Source: Cyanophora paradoxa CCMP329 (lineage: Eukaryota > Plantae > Glaucophyta). From it: a stretch of 64,000 nt of DNA. The notes under the pieces are model-generated. The model saw only the letters and a list, made by a program, of their open reading frames with translations, had not been told where the DNA came from and searched no databases. Location of the stretch: contig QPMI01000671.1 of NCBI GenBank assembly GCA_004431415.1, positions 111,172 through 175,171 of the forward strand. The letters run 5' to 3'. The position numbers and the translations under genes are program-made. Shown in pieces: positions 1 through 13,000 of this stretch (position 1 is its first letter; each line of letters opens with the position of its first letter).

Positions 1-1340
<1,340 letters not shown>

Positions 1341-1464
1341 CTTGTGGGCACCGCGCTGCAGGAGTCTGCAGCACGATAGCGGCTGCCAAACTGTTCGCTC
1401 TGCCGCTTGGTCTCGCTTTTTCGGCGCTGTACCCCAGAAGAAGCTAGTTCTTCCGTGCGGCGAG

Positions 1465-2957
1465 ATGGCTACTCCTCGGCATGCTCTGGCGCTCCGCCGC
1501 GGTCTCGCCAGCGCGGCGGAAGCACGTGCTGCCGTGTTCCGCAGCCACGGGGCGCCCGCGTCGGTCCTGAAGTCCGCACCTCGCATTGCGCGACCGGGCC
1601 GGGCCGACAGCTCACGCGCTTTGCAGGGTTGAGAAGCAGAGCATTCCGGCGTCGATCGGCAGCAATCAAGTGCTTGTTCGTATGCTCGCCGCACCCCTCA
1701 ACCCCGCCGACTTCAACGTGGTGGAGGGCGTCTATGGCATCTCGGCGTCTCTCCCCGCCGTCGGTGGCAATGAGGGTGTGGCTGTGGTCGAGAAGGTTGG
1801 CGCTGGTGTCAAGGACTTCAAGGCTGGCGATTGGGTCATCCCTGCTAAGCCGCTGCTTGGTGCGCCTCACCACGACGCCCCGATCCGCGCACCGCCTCTC
1901 CTCCTCCCGTAAAGCCTGGAATTCGATTCGCTGTTACCGCAGGGACCTGGCGGACGCATGCAGTCGTGGGCGAGCTTGATGTCGCTAAGATCGCCTCGGA
2001 CATCCCGAAGGAGTATGCGGCCACTCTTTCTGTGAACCCTTCCACCGCCCTCCGTCTCATTGAGGACTTCGCGAAGCTCAAGGCGGGTGCGCGGCGTGCT
2101 GCACCTCACTGCGTGCCTTTCCGCGGCTGCTTCGGCGCAGCTAACTGTGTCGTTCCGCCATGTCCGTAGGCGACGTGATTGTCCAGAACGGTGCCAACAG
2201 TGTTGTCGGCCAGTGCGTCATCCAGCTCGCTAAGGCGCGGGGCGTGAAGACCATCAACATCATCCGCGACCGGTGCGCCACAGAGCTGTGGCTGGGTTGC
2301 GAGTGTCTTCGGCGCATTGCGCTGCTTTTGTCGCTTTTGCTCAACGTGCATGATTCAGCGCTGATTACGCGGAGACGGCGGAGACGCTGAAGTCTATGGG
2401 CGCGGATGTCGTTGTCTCGGAGGACTACGCTAAGCGTCAGGCAATGGCTGACATCATTGCCGACTTCCCGGCGGCGAAGTTGGGGCTCAACTGCGTTGGG
2501 GGCCCGTCGGCTACCGAGGTTGTCCGGCTTCTCGGGTTCGTCGTCAGCGCGGTAATGCTGTGTCGCGCCCTCTCACACTGTCGCTTCCAGCAAGGGCGGC
2601 GTTATGGTCACGTACGGTGGCATGAGCCGCAAGCCCGTCACGATCCCCACTAGCGCGTTGATTTTCAAAGACATCACCGTGCGCGGCTTCTGGCTGTCGC
2701 GGTGGGCGGACTCCGTCTCCCCGGTTCGTACTTTGCCTGTGTTTCAGGCATTCCACGTCGCTTGCGCACGCGCGCTCTGAAGTTTTCGGCCGCAACTGCA
2801 GGGCGTGCGCCTTGCGGCCATCAACCAGCTGGCGGACATGGTTCGGTCGAAGAAGCTGCAGTACATGATGGAGCGCAAGTCATTCGATGAGTTCGACGTC
2901 GCCGTCCTTCGCGCCCTCCAGCCTAGGAAGGACCGCAAGATCGTGCTGGACTTCTAA
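1465..2957 (+). CDS. MECR: Mitochondrial trans-2-enoyl-ACP/CoA reductase (MDR family)
   Basis: Arg-rich presequence, then [85 protein letters not shown]; ends KIVLDF* at 2955-2957. Confidence 0.93.
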
Positions 2958-3099
2958 AGCAACAAGAGGTCCCCCAGCTCCTACTTTTCCCAAACAGCAC
3001 GTGGTAGTGGTACTTTACCTCGGTACCGATTTCAAGCGTTGAAGGCTAGGAGTGCCCAGCGCGCCCGTAGCGTAGAAAGAGCAACAAGAGGTCCCCCAG
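2958..3099 (+). mobile_element. About 100-bp insertion flanked by a perfect 20-bp direct repeat; homologous to sequence downstream of the Fanzor remnant
   Basis: AGCAACAAGAGGTCCCCCAG at 2958-2977 and 3080-3099; 3047-3083 is the exact reverse complement of 39303-39339 (37/37). Confidence 0.75.
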
Positions 3100-3361
3100 G
3101 CCATCTTTTCTCCCGATTCCTTTTCCTTTTTCACAGTATAATACTCCGCCCATTCATCCGCGATCTTTTGATGCCCTGTTCTCTTCTTTAGAGGGCTGCA
3201 TACACAGAGCAGCGGCGGGGAGGAGCTGCATGCTGCAGCTAGGACTACATGCCGTGTGCAGTGTCTGTAGCAAACTCACGGGCTCAAACAGAATGATCAA
3301 ACTTGCGCGACGTTGTACAGCACACGTATGCAATTTCGGGGTTTTGATCGCTCGCAGAAAA

Positions 3362-4891
3362 ATGTACCCGACGCCGCATGCGCAGGGAACGCCCGGAGCG
3401 GGCGCGCCGCAGCCGGGCTACCCGCCTGCAGCTAGCTATCCTGCGACAGCTGGCTATCCGCCTCCGGGCTATCCACCAGCTGGAGCATACCCGCCGCCCG
3501 GCGCGCCAGGCGCTGGCTACCCGCCGCCGCCCGGCGCGCCAGGAGCTGGCTACCCACCTCCGCCCGGCGCGCCAGGAGCTGGCTATCCACCGCCCGGCGT
3601 TCCTGGCTATCCCCCGGGGGCTGCTGCCTACCCTCCGCCAAGCGCTCCGCCAGCCGCCTACGCTCCGCCCGGCGCAGCGCATGGACCCGGCGCTCCGCCA
3701 CCTGCGTACGCGCCCGGGGTCGCGCCAGCTCTGCCCCCGCCCCCGCAATACGTACGTCACGGCGAGTTGCCTTTCGCCGCCTCTCCTTTAGCTTTCGCTC
3801 ATTTTCGCATGTCAGGCGCCCGCCCTGCTTCCCGTCGTTGCCGATGGACCGGTGCTCTCCCCATCATGGGTCTTCAATTACCCCTTCAGGTGGACTCATA
3901 GATGGCTCATATCCCGATGGGGCTGTGAGGGCTGATGGGTAACGTAGGTGGGTGCTGAAGGACAAGTTTTGGCAGTGGACTTCGGGGGATCAGAAGATCC
4001 TCGATGCGTACGGACGTGAGGCAAGTGAATTATGCTTCCAGTCAGCGTGGTTGGCAGAAGCTGACACAGTCTGCAGGTCCTGAAGGGCGACGGCAAGTTT
4101 GCGAGCTTTCATGATGACACCACTTTTTACGATCTTGCTGGAAACAAAGTCCTGAGAATTATGAATAGAGTATTCTCCCTTGGAAGTACTTACAAGATAT
4201 ACAACAGTCAGGACCAGCCGGTGGCCACGCAGCGACGCGGTATGTTTCTTTTGTGGAAACGTCACACAAATGAGCTCGAGCCCCGTCTCTACATGTCGCA
4301 GACGTGTTTAATTGGCCAGGAACGTCCATCAGCAGAGTTTACCGAGGCAATGCGCACTTTAAGATGAATGGTGATCCGGAAAATCCTACGGTAAACCCCC
4401 TGATTTATGTTGTTGAAGGTTTGCTGCACTCCCGCTTTGGTTCGTGCTCTGTTTTCTACTATGCACGCCCCATTGGTTTCTGAACATCTGCTGAATCAGA
4501 GATCAAGAATGCAGCCACAGGTTTGACCGTCGCAACTGTGAGTTCACCGTGTACTCGTGGCCAGGCGGATTCTGCTACAGGGGCTGCAGGGGTAGCTGAT
4601 CTTTGGGGGCAGGTCCAAAGGGATGCTTTTAACTTCAAGCAACTGCTAAACAAGAACGTACGCATTCACCCCATATGCATCCCAGTCCTGAAGCCAGAAG
4701 TGGCTTAGAGCGGAAGTTCAAGCGGTGACTCACTTTTCACCCCAGACTTTCATCCTCGAGTGCGCCCCTGGTGTCGACGCCCTCCTCATGCTTGCCATGA
4801 CGGTCAGCGCTAACACAGGGTTAGAGTTTTCTGGCTAATTTTTCGATAGGTTATCGTGGAGCACGAAGCCACGAAGGCCCAGAAAGACTGA
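3362..4891 (+). CDS. LURP-one-related / Tubby C2 (scramblase-like) protein with Pro/Gly/Tyr-rich N-terminus
   Basis: GYPPP repeats, then spliced WVLKDKFWQWTSGDQKILDAYGRE-VLKGDGKFASFHDDTTFYDLAGNKVLRIMNRVFSLGSTYKIY ... TFILECAPGVDALLMLAMT-VIVEHEATKAQKD*; includes a GCAAGT...CAG intron. Confidence 0.75.
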
Positions 4892-4899
4892 AGGCCTTC

Positions 4900-4979
4900 A
4901 TCAGAGATCAAGAATGCAGCCACAGGTTTGACCGTCGCAACTGGGAGTTTACCGTGTACTCGTGGCCAGGCGGATTCTG
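4900..4979 (+). repeat. 80-bp direct copy of LURP-one internal sequence 4495-4574, placed just after its stop codon
   Basis: atcagagatcaagaatgcagccacaggtttgaccgtcgcaactg...ggcggattctg at both sites with 2 substitutions. Confidence 0.9.
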
Positions 4980-5184
4980 GCCAAGGGTCATCTCCCAGGT
5001 TCAACATTAGATAAGCTCAGGGAGCTAAGCTAAAATAGGGCTCTGGCGCCGGCCTGCGAAAAACCGGGCAAAAAAATCCCGTAAAGCGCTGTGCCGGGGC
5101 CGACCTTTCTCCCACTTTGCCCCCATGATCATCGGATGGAAGCTAGCCTTTGATTTGTACAGTACAAAATACAGATCAGCCTGA

Positions 5185-6823
5185 TCACCGTTTCATCATG
5201 TTCTGCTGCTGCATGGCCTGCAGCTGCGCAAAAACCGCGTGCTGTTGCTGCTGCTGCTGTGGCTGGTGCTGCTGCTGCGAACCAAAACTCATAGCACCAG
5301 CCTGTGCACCCATGCCATTCATCCCCATGCCCATTGCTGGCTGCATCGGAGCAGGGGGCATTCCCATCGCCATGCCTCCAGCAGCGCCCATCCGCTGCTG
5401 CTGCATCTGCTGCTGGTGCAGCTGCTGCTGTAGCATGGCCGCTTGCATCATCTGCTGCTGGTGCATCATCATCTGCTGCTGCTGAGCAGCGGGCTGCATC
5501 ATAGGCTGCGCCATTCCCATGGGACGCGCGCCGATCTGCATCTGCATCTGTTGCGGCATCATCCCCATGTTCTGCAGATTATAAGCGCGAAGGCGAGGAA
5601 TGTATGGAGGGAGCCAGCGCACCATTCCTTGTGCAGGCTGCATCATACCAATGCCTGGCATCATAGCGCCCTGCATCGGCATGGCCGACATCGCAGGGGT
5701 CTGGTTGAAGAGAGACAAAATCGAGTCCTTCGTGGCTGCCTGTTGCTGCTGGGCCTGGGCGTGGGCCTGCGCCTGCGCCTGCGCCTGCGCCTGGGCTTGT
5801 GCCTGCGCCTGGGCTTGTGCCTGAGCTGGTAAAGGCGCTGCCTGGAACGCGCCGAAAAGAGAGTTGGAGGCTGCCGTTTGCGGGGCCGCGCTCGGGGCCG
5901 GTGCTGGCGCTGGCGCCGCATCCAGCAGGTCCAGAAGATTGACTTCCGCTTGCTTAGGAGCTGCTGTGGGCTTGCTAGATGTATTAGAGGACGCAACAGA
6001 ACGCCTGTCGTCACTGTCCCGCGATGATGGCCGCGGCGACGGGGACGACGTCTCCTCCCGCTTGGTGATCTGCCGGAAAGGAAATAAGAACGAATGTCGC
6101 GCCGAATCGTCCCCGAGCGAACCGACGGCATTGCGGCCCCCTTCTTCATGAACTCTTTGCGCTCGTACTTCGAGCGGATGAAACGCTCTAGACTGCGCAC
6201 GCATTAGAGCGCCCGAAATCGCGGACGCGGAGCGGACAGACGCACTCGACATCGCTTTCAAGCCGGTCCTTGCGAAATGTGGATGAGAGATTGGCTTCGA
6301 AGAGTTCGTTCGCTTTCGCGTTGCCCATCGACTGCATGAACTGCAGAATGTCAGGTGTGGCACACATGCGACACAACGCACTGCACACCTCCACCTGCTC
6401 CGTTGCCCACGAATCAAGCGTAACAGACTTTACTTTGGAGATGTGAACGCCGAGGCTGCGGTGAATGCCAGAGCAACGAATGCAGACGAAGACGCCGAGG
6501 TTGACCGATGCCCACCGGGGACCTGCGCGAGGTGGACGCTTCAGCAAGATATTGGCCAATGTAGCCCGCGCCTCTGCTGCCGTCAAGCAAGCGGTTCGTC
6601 GCGCTATCCAGCGGATTAGATCTCAATTGCAAGCGCGAGGGCTCACCGCGAGCGCCGCAGTCTGCGCCATTACCGAAGCCGATTAGAAGAAAGAACTGAA
6701 TGCTGCGGGCGGCGACATACCCGCGCATTCCCTGTTCTCCGGCTTCTTCAGGAGGTCGTCAAGAGCTTTCAGGTTACGGGTGAGCTCATCCTGCGACTTG
6801 GCCTTCGCCGCGTGCGAAGCCAT
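5185..6823 (-). CDS. ArfGAP, SMAP1/AGD5-like, with Gln/Met-rich C-terminus
   Basis: [55 protein letters not shown]...[12 protein letters not shown]...[13 protein letters not shown]; NLLDLLD clathrin-box-like motif; KDSILSLF. Confidence 0.93.
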
Positions 6824-7024
6824 CTCCAAGCCCGGATATCGCGCACTGCCGCGCTCTGCTACGGCTGCGCGGTGAGCGCGCTGCCGGCGAACAGTACGGG
6901 TACGCGACACAGACTTTTCGCGGGAGTTGACCGCCAACCCCGGTAACTTGGAGCGCCGAGAAGTGCGGCGGCGCGATCACATCCTCCCGGAGACGTCGAT
7001 CCTCGCCCAGCGGCCACGCGCGAG

Positions 7025-10000
7025 ATGCCGGGCGATGCGCGGGCCGGCGTTCAGCCGGCGCGGCAGCCCACGGCGGCCTGGCTCTCGGAGCAGGAACGAG
7101 AACGCTACGTGAAGCTCGAAGAGCAGCGCCTCCGCCAGCTGCGGCTCAAGCAGGTCAGAGCGGGTGCAAATTCCACTGCGCATGCGTCCGCTGATCGTGC
7201 CACCTGCAGGTCCGCGAGCAGGACAGATTGTTCGCAGCATCCAAGAGAGAGAAGTACCAGCAGCTCAAGCGCCAGCAGGAGAACATGGTGCAGGCCAACG
7301 TGCTCGTGCGTTCGGCGGTTGTCCCCCCTCCCTCCCTGCCATCACCGACCCTTCCGCAGCACGTGTGGGAGGCCCGGCAAATTGAGGAGACGAATCGGGC
7401 CAGGGAGGAGCTGGAGGAGGCCATCAGACGGGTTGGCGCGAGCCACATGCAGGCGGCTGAGTTCCAGGCGTCCGAGGTACGCCGAGGCGGACGACAGCGC
7501 GGCCGAACGCCTCTAATCTTTTGGTACTAGCTGGCCGCGGCCCACGAGCAGCAGTGGAGGTGGGCAGAGAGCCGCGCAGCCGCCCAGGAGCGCTACCGCA
7601 ACGCGATGACCAAGGTGCCCGGTTTAAATTCTCTGGCGCCTACGGCACCAGGCTGAACACCTCACAGGTGGAAGCGGAGCGGGTGTCGGCCCGGCAGGTT
7701 GCGGAGCAGACGAGCGTGCGGCGCGCGGTCGTTCACGACGTCGAGGCCGAGCGCAGCGCCATCGTGGTGCCCTCCCGCGAGTCGCCCCAGCGCCCTCGCT
7801 CTGCCTGTTCCCGACCGGCTCCTGCGCAGGTGTCATCGAAGCGGGCGCGCTCGCTCTCTGCAAACCCGACCCCCGGGGCCCCCGGGGCCCCCGGAGCCCC
7901 CAGCCCGCCGCCGGCGAGCACCTTGGGCCTCATAACCCGCGGCGCGGGCGCGCTGACGGCCAGCCGCGCGGGCGCGTCCGTAGTCGCGGTGCGCCGGCAC
8001 GAGCGGTCCGCGTCGCCTGTCAGGGCGGCCACGGCGGCGGCGCCCGGCGGCGACGAGGCGCCCCAGCCCGGCGGATGGGCCAACCTCTCAGCGACGGTGC
8101 GGGGACGCGGGTCGGGCGAACGGGACCCGCCGGAAGGCGCAGCTGAGTGGCCGCGGGGCGGACAGATGGCGGCCCAGGCGGAAGAGGAGGTGGCCGTCTA
8201 CGGGCAGGCGGAGCGCGAGCGGCAGGCCAGCGAGCATCGCACCCGCGCCGTCGGCCGCGCCCGCGAGGCCGCGCAGCAGCTCGCCCTTCGCAAGGCGCGC
8301 CGCTGCCCCCGCCCGGCGCCGTCGCCGGTGCTGAGGGCCGCCCCGCAGGAGCGGGAGGGGCTGGAAGCGCACCTGGCGGCGCAGGAACGGGCGGAACGGG
8401 CGCGGCGTCGGGAGGAGGTGGCGGCGGCGACGCGGACGCCGGTGACGGGCGTGCCGGGCCGCTCGCGGTCGCCGGCGCGAGCGCGGCTGCGGGCCTTCGA
8501 GGAGGAGTTCGTCCGCATGGTCACGGAGGAGGCCCTGGGGCGCGCGGGACCACCCGAGCCCATCCCGCTGGACGCCACCGAGATCGGGGCGCCGGCCTCC
8601 ATCGGGGCGGCCCCGGGGCCCTCCGACGGGACCGTCGCCCACGTCCTGCGCGTCGCCCGCGCCGCCGCACGCGCCGCCGTGGAGACGGAGGCGCGCCATG
8701 CGGAGGCCGCCGCCGCAAGGGGACGGCTGGGGGCGGCGGCGGGCCCCGAGGCGCTGGCGGCGCTCGAGGAGGAGGTGGAGGGGCGCCAGGCGGAGAAGGC
8801 CCTGGCGCTCCGCGAGCTGGGCCGCCGCGCCGAGCTGGCGGCGCGCGAGGGCGACGCCGCGGCGCGGCTCGCCCGCGAGGCGGCGCTCCTGCGCGGGGCC
8901 GGCCCCGCGGAGCGCGAGGAGCGCGCGCGGGCCGTGGAGCTGCTGCGCACGGCGGCGGCGGCGGCGCTCGCGGCGGAGGAGGCGAGCGACCGCCTCGGGG
9001 AGGAGCGCCTGGGCGACGCCCTCGGGCTCGCCGGCGCCGCGGGGGCCGCCGAGCTCGCCGCCGCCCGCGCAGCGGCCTCCGCCGCCGCCCGCCGCGAGGC
9101 AGGTGCGTCCGCGTCCGAGGCCGTCGCCGCGAAGCACGAGGCGCCCCCGGGGCGACCGCCCGTCGCCCGGCGCGCAGCGGAGCAGCAGCTGCGGGAGGCG
9201 CCGCCCTCGCCGCCCTCGCCGGGGGCCCGTGCGGGGCGGCAGCTCCCGCCCGTGCGCCTCCCGAGCGTGCCGGCGGCGGCCCTGGACGCCTCCGTCTCCT
9301 CCCTGGCGAGCGCCCCCGGGGCCGCCTCCACGGCGACCACCACGGAGTCGCCCTCGGGGAGCAGCCCCTCGGGGGGGGCCGGCCGGACGACGTCGACCCC
9401 GTCCGCCTCGGACCGCCCCTCCAGCGTCCCCTCGGACCGCGACCGGGGCCGCACCGCCGCCGCGGGCTCCACCGCGTCGCCCTCGACCAACACAACCGCG
9501 GGGACGGCCACCGGCTCCCCCTCCTCGCAGGGGGAGACGCCGGCGAGCGGCGCCTCCCTGAGCCCGGGCACTGGCTCGGGCGGGAGCTGCGGCCCCGCCG
9601 CCTCGCCCTCCGCCTCGCTCTCTCTCTCGACGGGCACGGGGTCGCGCCCTTCGGAGATCCCCTCCTCGGCGCCGTCGAGCGGCCCCTCGCCCGGCCCCGG
9701 CGCCGGCGCCGGCCCGCTGTACACGGGAGCGGCGGCACTCGCGTCCGCCCCGTCGCCCTCCATCTCACTTACGACGACCGTCTGCTCCTCGGGGGCCTCC
9801 CGCGAGGCAACGGGGTACCCGGACGAGGAGCCGCCGCCTGACCCGGCCTCGCTGCGGGACGAGATCCTGCGCCGCCTCTCCGCCGCCAACGCCTGGCTTG
9901 CCCGCTACAACGGGGCGCCGCCCTCCCCGGCCCGCGCCGCCCCGGCGGCCTCGCACGGCTCCACGCCCTCGCGGGCCACGGCTACGGGCACCGCCACGGC

Positions 10001-13000
10001 GGACCGCAGCGGGGGCAGCCCGGGGACGAGCCTCTCCTCGCCCGGCGCCTCCACGCCCCTCACCTCCCTTTCCGCCTCCACCGCCTCCGCCGGGGGCCTC
10101 CCCTCCGCCGCCGCCGGCGCCTCGCCCCGCCGCCGGCGCCGGGGCCGGCGGCGGGGCCTGGGGCGGGGACTCGTCGGCGGACCTCGAGGAGGGCGACGAC
10201 GTGCGCCTCGTCTCCGCCACCGCCTCCCCCGCCCGGCCGGCCCCCGCTGCCGCCCGCCCCGCCGCCCCGCACACCGCCCCCTCCACTCCCTCCACGGGGC
10301 CCCGGCCCTCGGCCTCCCGCGAGATCGAGTTCACCCCCGGCGGCGGCCGTGCGGCTGGCAGCCCGTCCTCGGACGCCCCGGGCCCCGCCCTCCCGTACGC
10401 CTCGCCCGCCCCGGAGGCCGTCTCGCCCGCCGCGCGGCCTCCCGCGCCCACCACCGCCTCGCCGCCGCCGCCTGGGCTGGCCCCCGCCGCCTCCCCGCCC
10501 CAGCGACCCGTGGTCGCTCCCATCCCCGCAGGCCTCCGTCGGCCGCGGGACCCGAACGTCCCCTCGCCCCCGCCGTCGCCGTACCCCTCGACGGCGCCGC
10601 CCTCGGCCCCCTCGACGCCCTCGACGGTGGCCTCGCCCCACTCCTCCGCCCCGTCCTCCGCCACGGCCCGCGCCGCCTCGCGGCCCTCGTCCCTCCCGAC
10701 ACCGCCCCCCTCGGGGCCCCGCGTGCTCCTCTCCATCTCCGCCCAGCGCGGCGGCGCGCAGCGGTACGCCCCTCTGGAGGAGCCCGAGGAGGCCGCAGCC
10801 GCAGGCACCGAGGACGAGGACGGAGACGCGGCGGCGGGGCGCGCGGGGCCGGAGCACCCGTCCCCGCCCCAGCTCTCGGGAGAGGCCCCCCGGGGCCGCT
10901 CCCAGTCGGACTCGTCCCTCTCCTCCCTCTCCTCCCTCGGGGCCCGCGTCTCGCGGCCCTCCGCCGGCCGCCCGCCCCGCTCCCCGGCCCTCTCCTCCCC
11001 CGCTTCCTCCTCCCCCTCTCTCCCCTCCGCCGGCCCCGCCTCCGCGCCCTCTCCCCCGGCGACGCCGCCCGCCGCCCCGCAGCCGGCCTCGGGCCCGAGG
11101 GCGTCGCCGCCCGGGGCGTGGCGCGTCGGCGGCTCGGCGGCATCATCTCCGGAGGCCGCCATCGCGCGGGCGCGGCAGCTGCTGGCCGCCCTCGAGGCGC
11201 AGGAGGCCCTCGGCCCGCCCCACGCCGACGAGGCCGGCGCATCCCCGTCCCGCTCCGCCGCCCCGGGTCCCGCCTCCCGCTCGTCCCTGGCCTCTTCCCT
11301 CCGCAGCTCTGTTTCCACCGCCGCCTCAGCGCCGGCCTCGGCCCTGCCGGCGGCCGAGCCGGTGTCGCCTCAGGCGGCCATTGACCACTTCCGGCGCGAG
11401 TTGGTCCGCCCATGCGGCCGCCCCGTCCTCTTCCCGCCCACTCATTCTGCCGCGCAGCAGGGGGAGTCGCCAGTCAGCAGACCTGGATCCGAGGCACCCA
11501 TCGCGAGGGCGCGGCAGCTGCTGGCGGCTCTTGAGACGCACGACGCGCTGGGCTCTCCGCCGCCCGCCGAGGCCTTCGCCTCTCCCCCCCGCTCCGCCGC
11601 CCCGGGCCCCGCGTCCCGCTCGTCCCGCTCGTCCCTGGCCTCCTCGTCCGTTCGCAGCTCCGTCTCCACTGCCGCCTCCGCAACGGCCCATGCCCTCCCG
11701 GCGGCCACTCCAGACTCGCCTGAAGCCGCCATCGCCCGCCTCCGCCAGGAGCTGGTCCGCCCGCGCCGTGCCCCCGCCCCCTCCCTGCCCCCCCTAATGA
11801 CCCCGCCGCCCTCGCAGCAGGCCGAGTCGCCCATCTCTCCCATCTCAGGGGCCAGCCCTCGGGCCGGGTCGGACGCCGGGCCCCCGCTCGGCTCGCCGCC
11901 GGCGCCGCCCCAGGGCGCCCGCGGCGGACCCGTCTCCCCCGCCGCCCCCTTCTCCCCGGCCGTCCCCTCGGTAACCTCCGCGGCCTCGACGCCGCACGCT
12001 GCGGGCCGAGGGGAGCAGGCGGGCGGCCGCGGCGCCTCTCTCTCGCCGGCCGCCCCCTCCGCCCCCTCCGCTGCCTCTGCCGCGTCGACGCCGCATGGCG
12101 CTCGCGGGGGTCCCCTGTCGCCGGCCGCCGCCGCTGCTGCATCCGCCGCTTCGACGCCGCACACAGCGGGCCGAGGAGCGCAGAGCGCTCGCAGCGGACC
12201 CCTCTCCCCGGCAGACCCCCCGGCCTCCTCTTCTGCGTCTTTGGCGTCGACGCCGCGAACGGCGGGCCGCGGGGCGCCGGCTCACGAGGTGGCGGAGGCA
12301 GCGCCGGGCTCGGCGGGCGAGGGAGGGGCCGTTGCCCGCCACGACTCGCCGCCCCTCTCGCCCCTCACCGAGGAGCAGTGGGCCATGGTCGAGGCTGCTC
12401 TCCAGCACCAGGCCCGTTCCCGCCACACGCTGCTCGTGGTTGAGGCTGCTCTGACGCCCACGCAGCTCGTGACGCCGCCCATCTCCGCCGTGGCCTCCCC
12501 CGCCAAGCCGCGGGCGACCGGCGGCGCACGCGGGCCGCGGTCCGCCTCTGCGTCGTCCTCCTCTCCGTCCTCGTCCTCCTCCTTCTCGCCCCCCGCGGGG
12601 CCGGCGCGCGCCCCCGCCTCGGACCGCTCCTACCTCTCCGGCGCCTCCTTCGAGGCCGCTGAGCGGGCCGCCTTCGCCGGCGTCGCGGCGCCCGAGGCGC
12701 CGGGGTCGCCCCCGCCGGCCTCCCCCGCGACGCGGGCCACCGAGATCCGCCGCCTCGAGGAGGAGACCCGCTCCCTCGCCTCGGACCTCGTGCGACGCCT
12801 TTGCTCCGCCCCGGCCTCGCTCCTGTCGCGCCGCTGAAGCTGCCCGCAGGCCCGCGTGTACGCAGGAGCCGGAGCCGGGGCGGGGGCCGGGGCCGCCGCC
12901 GTCTCGCCGCCGCCGCCGCTGCCCTCGCCCGAGTCGCCCTCGCGGCCCCCGCGGCGGGGCCCCAGCGCCTCGGCGGCCTCGACGCCGGCGCAGGCGGCCA

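Noticed and set aside
5150-5832. Cys-rich metallothionein-like and (CA)n peptide ORFs on the plus strand
   Set aside because: Antisense reading of the ArfGAP poly-Gln and Gln-Ala codons.
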